Position numbers and translations under genes: made by a program
Shown here: positions 53,947-62,142 of the stretch, piece by piece
Numbering within the stretch: the first letter of the stretch is position 1
Layout: every line of letters starts with the position of its first letter
The notes under the pieces: generated by a model
The model's database searches: none
What the model was told of the DNA's origin: nothing
What the model saw: the letters and a program-made list of their open reading frames with translations, nothing else
Assembly: GCF_001194135.2 (NCBI RefSeq)
Contig: NC_068985.1
Location: forward strand, 4,014,390-4,076,531
Length of the DNA: 62,142 bases
Direction: 5' to 3'
Source: Octopus bimaculoides
Taxonomy: Eukaryota

Positions 53947-55677
53947 GACAGACAGACAGACAGACTAAAATACCCTGCTGTCGATGTTGAAATTCCAATG
54001 GAGCCTTGGATCTAGATTAGAAACCGGCTCATTCTCTATTGGTAAGAAATAATGAAATAAAACTACATACAGACATACGCACGACATACTCCTACAGTCT
54101 CAATCTGGCGTCACAGCAAGTCTCCACCAACAAATGCTTATATCAATGCAGTTAACTTCATTAACATCAACTACCAGCACAACAACAACAACAATTATCC
54201 CCAGAACTAGAACCACTACCACCACCACGCCAACCATAATTTAAACAGTCATTCGAACAGTAGCAACAAAGCTAACATCAGTAGCTGACATCTGTAGAAT
54301 GTAACTCATTCATTAACAATGTTCAATACGACTTTGTTAGTGGATGCCATTCTACAGAAATACGGTACTATATCGACATCAAAAATATTTAAATCAATAA
54401 AAATACGACGTGGGAGATTTTCTTTTTCATACCATTTTCAGAGACCGTTTTCAATCGGAAAATAAAAAAAAAATCCTTTGTTTCTCTCTCCTTTATTATT
54501 CATATTTAATAAGTTTAATAATATTAAATGCGTTAACATTTAGAAATAATTTCAATGTTTGCATGCCACGGGAAAATAGCATTTTATCAATATACACATG
54601 TACATATTATATATATATATATATATATNNNNNNNNNNNNNNNNNNNNNNNNNNNNNNNNNNNNNNNNNNNNNNNNNNNNNNNNNNNNNNNNNNNNNNNN
54701 NNNNNNNNNNNNNNNNNNNNNNNNNNNNNNNNNNNNNNNNNNNNNNNNNNNNNNNNNNNNNNNNNNNNNNNNNNNNNNNNNNNNNNNNNNNNNNNNNNNN
54801 NNNNNNNNNNNNNNNNNNNNNNNNNNNNNNNNNNNNNNNNNNNNNNNNNNNNNNNNNNNNNNNNNNNNNNNNNNNNNNNNNNNNNNNNTATATATATAGT
54901 TAGTTAGTTAGATAGATTGGTAAATATCTTTTATATGTGTGTGTTTACAATTTTTTTTTACTTTTACAATTTTATAGTTTCTTTATAGATTAGTGTTTTA
55001 CATTTATAGTTGGAGGTATATACAAACAAATGTACCTGGGAATATGTCTATAAGAGATTGCAGGTATGAGAGGATGGAATTTGAATTTGTACATTCCTAT
55101 ATAAGTGAGAATTTTTTTCATGTATTCACGTGAGAGTGAAGGCTTATTTAATCAGTGCCTACGTGTTCTATCTCCATTTTTGTATATATTTGTTGGTGAA
55201 GATAAAAATTCGCTCACTGAGTTACTTTTTAAGCCTACACATCCATATTTCTAACGTCTATCAGATCCAAATATCACACCCACTACTTACTAGTTTTACT
55301 TCTCCTCCAATAACCACGCCCGCCCGTTCACTGAAACCTCCTACCAAAATTAAAATTTTCACTTTTATCAATCATTACTGCATTGTCCTAAGCTCAACCT
55401 TCCCACTTAAATTTGTTCTTTAACCATCTCCTCCATCCAGTTATTTGAAACTCCTGTCAGGCATCTTATATTTAAAGTTTAAACAAACCATTTGGCGATA
55501 TTTCATAAAGTCACTCTTCATAGAATTGAGTTCTTCATTTTGTTATAGTTCGCTGTTTTTATGCATTCGTAAACACATTTTAAGTCATTTTCTGTTTGTT
55601 ACTTTTTTGTATTTGTATATGTACATTCGTTTCCGTTGCCCAGGGGCTTAATGCTTTCAGCTTAAGCCCTTGGCCCG

Positions 55678-55734
55678 ATCGGAAGGGATTAGACGAGACT
55701 ACGTAGTATCGGAAGGGATTAGACGAGACTACGT
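55678..55734 (+). repeat. 30-bp-period tandem duplication
   Basis: ATCGGAAGGGATTAGACGAGACTACGT twice, separated by AGT. Confidence 0.9.
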
Positions 55735-55875
55735 GGACATTCGGGACTCCGACTGAAGAGGCAATTAGTTGATCCGAGTATCTTGTTTTGTCCTGTTTGC
55801 CGTTAATGTGCGATCATATTTTCCCTCCTTTTATGTTTTAACGGTTTCCATTTGTTGTGTTTTCTTTTACCTTTG

Positions 55876-55919
<44 letters not shown>

Positions 55920-56109
55920 ATATATATATATATATATATAGAGACATAGATGTATACATACACATACATGTTAACCTGCATGCATATAAGTATACATACA
56001 TACATACACGAAAAAACTATACTGGATTAAACATAGAGAATCCACCTGTTAATGAATCCCTACTCAAATATCAACAGAAGGAACAGTAGTGGAACATTGC
56101 CCTCAAAAC

Positions 56110-56510
56110 TTATTTCAAGAGTAAATATAACCGGTCGGTTATTGTTGTTTGAGCAGAACCCTGCCCCTCTCCATATTGACTCCGACGTCGTGGAGTTTCT
56201 CAGCTCTTTCATCTACCTGATCTCCACAGGCACCAAGAATGAAGATCTGACCCCGGAGATAAACGCCGATGTTGCCTGGCCGCTGGTGTCATGTACTCCC
56301 TATGCAAGACCCTCTGACGCCATTACTCTATCTACAGAAAGAGGAAGCTCCACATCTACAACGCTTCATCCCTCTGCATCCTCCTCCATGGAGCAGAAAC
56401 GTGACCTCTCTCGCTGCCGAGGGCTGGGCGTGATTTGAAAAGACCTGCAGAGGGTAACGTTGCTTTGGAGGGTGCAGAAGAGCATCTTTGCTGGCCGCTT
56501 TCGAAGCTTT
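56110..56510 (+). mobile_element. RTE-clade LINE reverse-transcriptase C-terminal fragment, frameshifted
   Basis: VEFLSSFIYL....DLTPEI/RRCCLAAGVMYSLCKTL*RHYSI.RKRKLHIYNA..LCILLHGAET*PL matches the RTE motif EINRRIGLA..M..L...W......TKLRIYNA.VL.VLLYG.ETW. Confidence 0.8.
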
Positions 56511-56771
56511 GATTCCAATTTAATAAACAAGACAATGCCGCCTGCTACATTAACTAATGTATAACATTATCAGTGGGCTAGCATGCAATTCCATCAATAC
56601 CGTCGCCACCATATATGGTGTATACGCCATCGCCATACAGCAACCCCATTTCCGAAGCTGGAGCGTCTGTCATTTTGATCCCTAAAGTTATTATATGCAA
56701 TACATTCATACTGCTTGTTCTTTTCTAGTTTTTGTCTTGAAAAGTTTGGTGACAATATCTGGTGCTTTGAA

Positions 56772-56985
56772 AGCGGTGAGCTGGCAGAAATGTTAGCACT
56801 CCGGACGAAATGCTTAGCGGTATTTCGTCTGTTTTTACGTTCTGAGATCAAATTCCGACGAGGTCAACTTTGCCTTTCATCCTTTCGGGGTCGATATATT
56901 AAGTACCAATTGCATACTGGAGTCGATCTAATCGACTGGCCTGCTACCCACCCAAATTTCTGGCCTTGTGCTTAGAGTAGAAAAG
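56772..56985 (+). mobile_element. SINE family C monomer (other copies at ~1278-1400 +, 17155-17310 -, 26503-26705 +, 32625-32750 +, 57692-57810 +, 60121-60460 +, 60851-61020 +)
   Basis: Same head, GCCTTTCATCCTTTCGGGGTCGAT block and GTCGATnnnATCGAC hairpin. Confidence 0.8.
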
Positions 56986-57059
56986 ACTATCTGGTGCTTT
57001 GATTCTTATAAGCGTATGATTTTCAATAAATGTTTAATGACATCACCCGTAATATAAAT

Positions 57060-57131
<72 letters not shown>

Positions 57132-58665
57132 TAGAAAGAAAAAAAGAGATAAATCTCCATAAAAAAAAATCTCTTCACTTAATTAGTCTCTCTCTCCATC
57201 TGTTTCACAGTAATACATATTCGATGCTCTTTTGTTGTATTCTTATCTTTTTTATGAAGTGTTTCGTAGCAAAATCTTTTAGTTATCTCATTATTATTCA
57301 TAATACGGTTAAAAATACGACCAACATACTTTTCCATATTTCTCTGAATTAAAACTGAATGATTCCTGTTTATTCTGTTTGATCTCACTGACACAGAGTA
57401 TTTAAGTTATAAATACCAGATCAATGAAATTATAAACCGATTACTTCGTATGAGATGTATTGCAATCATTAAAACAAGCATACTGTTTTTCCCTCCATTA
57501 CTAATTTAAAATATCAATTCCTGTTCTCATGCGCCAAAGAATTTCGTTGTCCAGCTGCGGTCGACCTGACTCTATTACTCTTTCACTGCAGCTGAACACT
57601 AAAACAATGTCGCTGCCATCATTGATAAATAATACATATACGCACTGCTTTACTCCACTTTTCGTAATGGTCATTATTTTGTATATCAAAACGGCGGCGA
57701 GCTGGAAGAATCGTTAGCATGTTAGAAGAAACGCTTTAATGTATTTCTTCGTTATCAGTACGTTCCGAGTTCAAATCGACTTTGCTTTCATTCTTTCGGG
57801 TTCGAGAAAATGATTGCCAGTCGCTCTCCTCTCTCGAGCTTCTGACATAATGCCGAAGTAGAGGACAGAAGTTTGGCAGAATCGTTATTTGTCCGGAATA
57901 TTACAGTCAACTTTGAATTCTGTCTGTGATCAGCTCTAGCATTCGTCTTATCGAGCTTGTTAAAATAGAGTACAAGCAAGTACCGCAGAAAATGTACTCG
58001 ACTATACCCTAGACTCAATAAGTGTAGCTTTGTTAGAAAAATCATGTTTGTGTGCGTGCGTGTGCACGTGTGCTTTAATGGATCTCCCGTGATGCACGCG
58101 TTTGATATCCAACATGACTTCCCAGGCAACTACGGCTGAAGCATAATAAAATAAAGCAATAAATTATACATTTTTTGAAAACATCAAATATTGAGTCATT
58201 TCCGGTTTTTATTTTTCCTGTCTGTGTCGTTACTGTTTTATTTATCATTCCGCATGTGACCAGCAAATGACTAGGCGGCCTCATCAAATTATGACATTTG
58301 CATATTATTGAAGCAATTATTTTTCAACTCGATGGACTCTTCTTACAACAAACCACTCAGCTGTAGATTTAGCGAGATGAGGTACGTCTCTTAATGTAAG
58401 CAGGCTACGATTGAGTGGATTCCGACATTTTGTAACTGTTTTCCCTCATCATTTACACACACACAAACGCACAAACACACACACACGCACACACACACAC
58501 ACATACACACACAATCGCACACATACATAAACACACATATATAAACAAGAGCCCTTTTTTCCGCGCTAATAGGGTTCAAATGATACGCACAAATTCATAC
58601 TTAGGATTCAGCAATTTGCAGCCGATATATATTGCAAAAATGTCTGTACGCATTTGAATATAAAT

Positions 58666-58747
58666 TTGATATATGGAAGGCCATTTCTAAGATGATATAG
58701 TTTAACTTGATATATGGAAGGCCATTTCTAAGATGACATAGTTTAAC
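58666..58747 (+). repeat. 41-bp direct tandem duplication
   Basis: TTGATATATGGAAGGCCATTTCTAAGATGA(T/C)ATAGTTTAAC twice, one mismatch. Confidence 0.9.
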
Positions 58748-58952
58748 TTCCGGTCAGTTCTGAAGTTACAGAGTTATGATGAAACGTGTAATCCTTCGCT
58801 TTACGTTTTCAGCATTTATAATGTATCGATCACTATGGGAGACAACGACAGAAACACACACACGCACGCACACACACACACACACACATACACACACATG
58901 CATGTATATATGTGTGTATGATATATATATTTATATGCATGTCTGCACATCG

Positions 58953-59328
58953 TGGTACTCCGTCGGTTACGACGACGAGGGTTCCAGTTGATCCGATCAA
59001 CAGAACAGCCTGCTCGTGAAATTAGCGTGCAAGTGGCTGAGCACTCCACAGACACGTGTACCCTTAACGTAGCTCTTGGGGGAGATTCAGCGTGACGCAG
59101 AATGTGACAAGGCTGGCCCTTTGAATTACAGGTACAACAGAAAGAGGAAGAAAGAGCGAGAGAAAGTTGTGGTGAAAGAGTACAGCAGGGTTCGCTACCT
59201 TCCCCTGCTGGAGCTGGAGCTTTAGGCGTTTTTGTTCAATAAACACTCACAACGCCCGGTCTGAGAATCGAAACCGCGAACAAGTGACTGCTAGTCCGCT
59301 GCTCTAACCACTGGACCATTGCCCCTCC
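58953..59328 (-). mobile_element. SINE family B
   Basis: Homologous to 9238-9689. Confidence 0.85.
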
Positions 59329-61080
59329 ATATGTATACATATACAGATACTGGTGTACATATATACATATACACACACGTATATCTATGCATGCATACAC
59401 ATACATATACACATATATACACTACTCTTATGTGTTTATATATGTGTATTTTGCGCACATGTACTATGGATAAAGGAATAGTGTACATTGATAAATACGC
59501 CTGAATCGAGGTGGAGAGCACATAAGACTTTTCGTAATATTCAATTCTCGTAGATTTCTATAGATCCTTCTCGTATAGAACCGTGCAAAACGACAAGCTC
59601 ATAGCCTCAAGTCAAACAGATCCTCTTCGCTATGGCTGAATATTCTCTATAGATTTCCCGTTTGCAAGTAACATATTCAGTTTACAAACAGAGACACAAA
59701 AGGCATTTATTTTGTACAAACCCTTAGGAAGTATGAATTATTCAGAACTACTAGAATATACTTCAGGTTCCATTCATATGAGTGTTTATATATAGAAACT
59801 AAGGAGCATGAACTGAATGTACAAGTAGAAGAGATGAAGCCAAAGTCGAGAGACAGTTTCGTTAATACTCTGTATTTGACTGTTCGTTATCTGGGTTTTT
59901 CTTTTGAACCAGTCTTTTGTCTCCGTTTTCTAGGTTTTCAATCACAAAAGGTACCAGTGATAGATCGGGACTTGTGGGGTCGGAGCGTGGCCTCATCATC
60001 GCTTCATTTGTGTTGTCCCTGTATTGTTAATTTCATTCGATTTTTATATATTTTAAAAAATCACATTTTATGTAAAATCATACTGATTTACTGATCCCGT
60101 CAGTTGTTCTGTCCATTTCTATGTTTAGCCCCCGGTGGGCAATAAAGAAATTGGTATTTCCTCTATCTTTGCGTGCTCAGTTCAAATTCCGCCAAGGTCG
60201 ACTTTGCTTTTCATCCTTTCGACGTCGCGAAATTAAGTACCAGTTGCGTACTGAGGTCGATCTTATCGACTGGCCCCCTCCCCCAAAATTTCGGGCCTTA
60301 TGCTTAGATTAGAAAAGAATTGTTAGAACGCCGGGCGAAATGCTTAGCGCTACTACGCCCGTCGTGGCATTCTGAGTTCAAATTCTGCCGAGATTGACTT
60401 CTTTCAGAGTCAATGAAATAAGAACTAGTCGAGTTTTAGGGTCGATGTGATCGACAACCCCTCCCCTCAAAACCTGTTAACCTTCAAATCATTACTTTCC
60501 GTGTTGTGTGCTTTCAATCTTAACACTCGTCTTCTTTTTGTTCTGAGTGAATCCAGGCGCTTTCCAGATGAAGGATAGAAACTTATTCTAAACGCTAAGA
60601 TTGTAATGACTTTCAATTAAAAGTTCGTTGGTGCAGATTCACTGTCAACACCATATCTATTATGATGATGATGATGATCATCATCATCGTACTCATAATG
60701 GGACCATTTCACATCCACATACCCCTCCCCCATACACATTTAGGTGATCCATAACTCAAAAAGAGAATTCATTACATTCAAAATGTGGGTTGTTTTTTTT
60801 TTTTTCATGTATCTTATCTTTTATAACGCGTTTCAATATTTACCATAATTAAGGCAGCGAGTCGGCAGAATCATAAGCGTGCCGGACAAAATACTTAGTG
60901 GCATTTCGCCCGCCTGCACGTTCTGAGTTCTAATTCCAGCGAGGATAAAATAAATACCAGAACATTGGGGTCACGGTAATCGACTTAGTCTCTTCCCTGA
61001 AAATTGCTGCCCTAGTGCCGCCAACATTTCTTATCAATATTCAAGGCGGGTCTTCAGTTACAGGAAGTTGTACATAACGT

Positions 61081-61469
61081 TTAATCCTTTTCTTACCATA
61101 TTCCTGTTAAGATGCTCTGTGTTTCTTCCAATTACTTTAAATATAACAAAGAAAACAAGACATTTATACTACAGGGGCAGAGCTGGTTTCGACCAGGTTG
61201 GTAACGAAAGGGTTAAGAATTGTTTCTCTATTATATATTTTAACTCTTTTGTTACCATATTCCTGTTAAGATGCTCTGTGTTCCTTTCAATTAATTTTAC
61301 ATATAAGAAAGAATTTAGTAAAATAACTTAGTTATCATTAAGCTAGTGTTAGGAACATATATTGTGACTAAGGTTTGGTGGAAGATTTTAATTCAGAACT
61401 TATGAAAACAAGACATTTGTATCATAGAGCCAGAGCCGGTTTCAGCCGGGTTGGTATCAAAAGGGTTAA
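61081..61469 (+). mobile_element. Two tandem piggyBac-type MITEs (61085-61212 internally deleted; 61244-61465)
   Basis: Each copy is TTAA-flanked with imperfect TIRs (T/C)CCTTT..TTACCA / TGGTA.C.AAAGGG, and the copies share CATATTCCTGTTAAGATGCTCTGTG and GAAAACAAGACATTT. Confidence 0.75.
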
Positions 61470-62142
61470 TCGGTTATATCATGAAGAGAAAGAAGAGTAG
61501 AATATAGCAGAACTGAAGGAATAAATAAATATAGAAAGTAAGAAAGAAAGAAAGAACAAAAGAAAGCTTTAATCAAATGCATGAAGTGATCAAGGATAGT
61601 ATGCAAAACAAATGAAGAGGAGGAAAGTCATTGAGTAAATATAATAGATGAGAAAGCACTTATCGGAGGAACGAAAAATGCCACAGAGAATGCAAATCAA
61701 TAGAAAGAAGGAAGATGTATTAGATAATTAAAGAAATATATTAAGGGAAATAAGATGCAGAAGGTGAAATAGCGGTAGAGTTTGTCAGGGAACGATTTAT
61801 AATGTAGAATCGTTAATATTCATAGAAAATGGATGTCGTTAAACAATAAATTTGATTTATATTTTAAATTACACCATTCGGCTATTAATTGCGAATGCAA
61901 TTGGTTAATTTTAATTTTAAAGCAAAGTCACTGTTTTAACTGTGCATCATTTGTTGTAAATACAAATAAACACAGAGCACAGTCTATTCCCTCTTCCAAC
62001 TCTTTCCCCTCCTATTGCTACATGTACTTCGTTTCCCCCTTCACATCAATTTACATATACATACACACATACATACATACACACATACATACATACATAC
62101 ATACATACATACATACATACATACATACATACACACATACAT

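Overview
AT-rich, microsatellite-dense animal genomic DNA from a gapped draft assembly. The repeat landscape (tRNA-derived CORE-type and Deu/Nin-type SINEs among TA/CA/AAT microsatellites) looks like a coleoid cephalopod, probably Octopus; this is an inference. I cannot support any intact host protein-coding exon, and almost all ORF-track entries are microsatellite or N-gap artefacts. Recognisable content is mobile DNA: four SINE families (~25 copies), a Neptune-type Penelope-like element (PLE) GIY-YIG region flanked by inverted repeats (48.3-50.4 kb), a second PLE endonuclease relic (53 kb), an R4/Dong-like RLE 3' end inside an (AAT)n tract, an RTE LINE fragment, a fold-back mariner relic and two tandem piggyBac-type MITEs. 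The main finding is a set of short non-coding elements carrying PLE-type minimal type I hammerhead ribozymes (at least 3 unrelated families, possibly 5), usually embedded in (TA)n and sometimes arranged as fold-backs. One family fuses a tRNA-like Pol III head (A/B boxes) through an (AAT)n linker to an intact hammerhead tail and occurs as a head-to-head palindromic dimer, suggesting a SINE-like passenger of Penelope-like elements. Two isolated near-perfect hairpins (2.3 kb, 7.9 kb) are small-RNA or MITE candidates.
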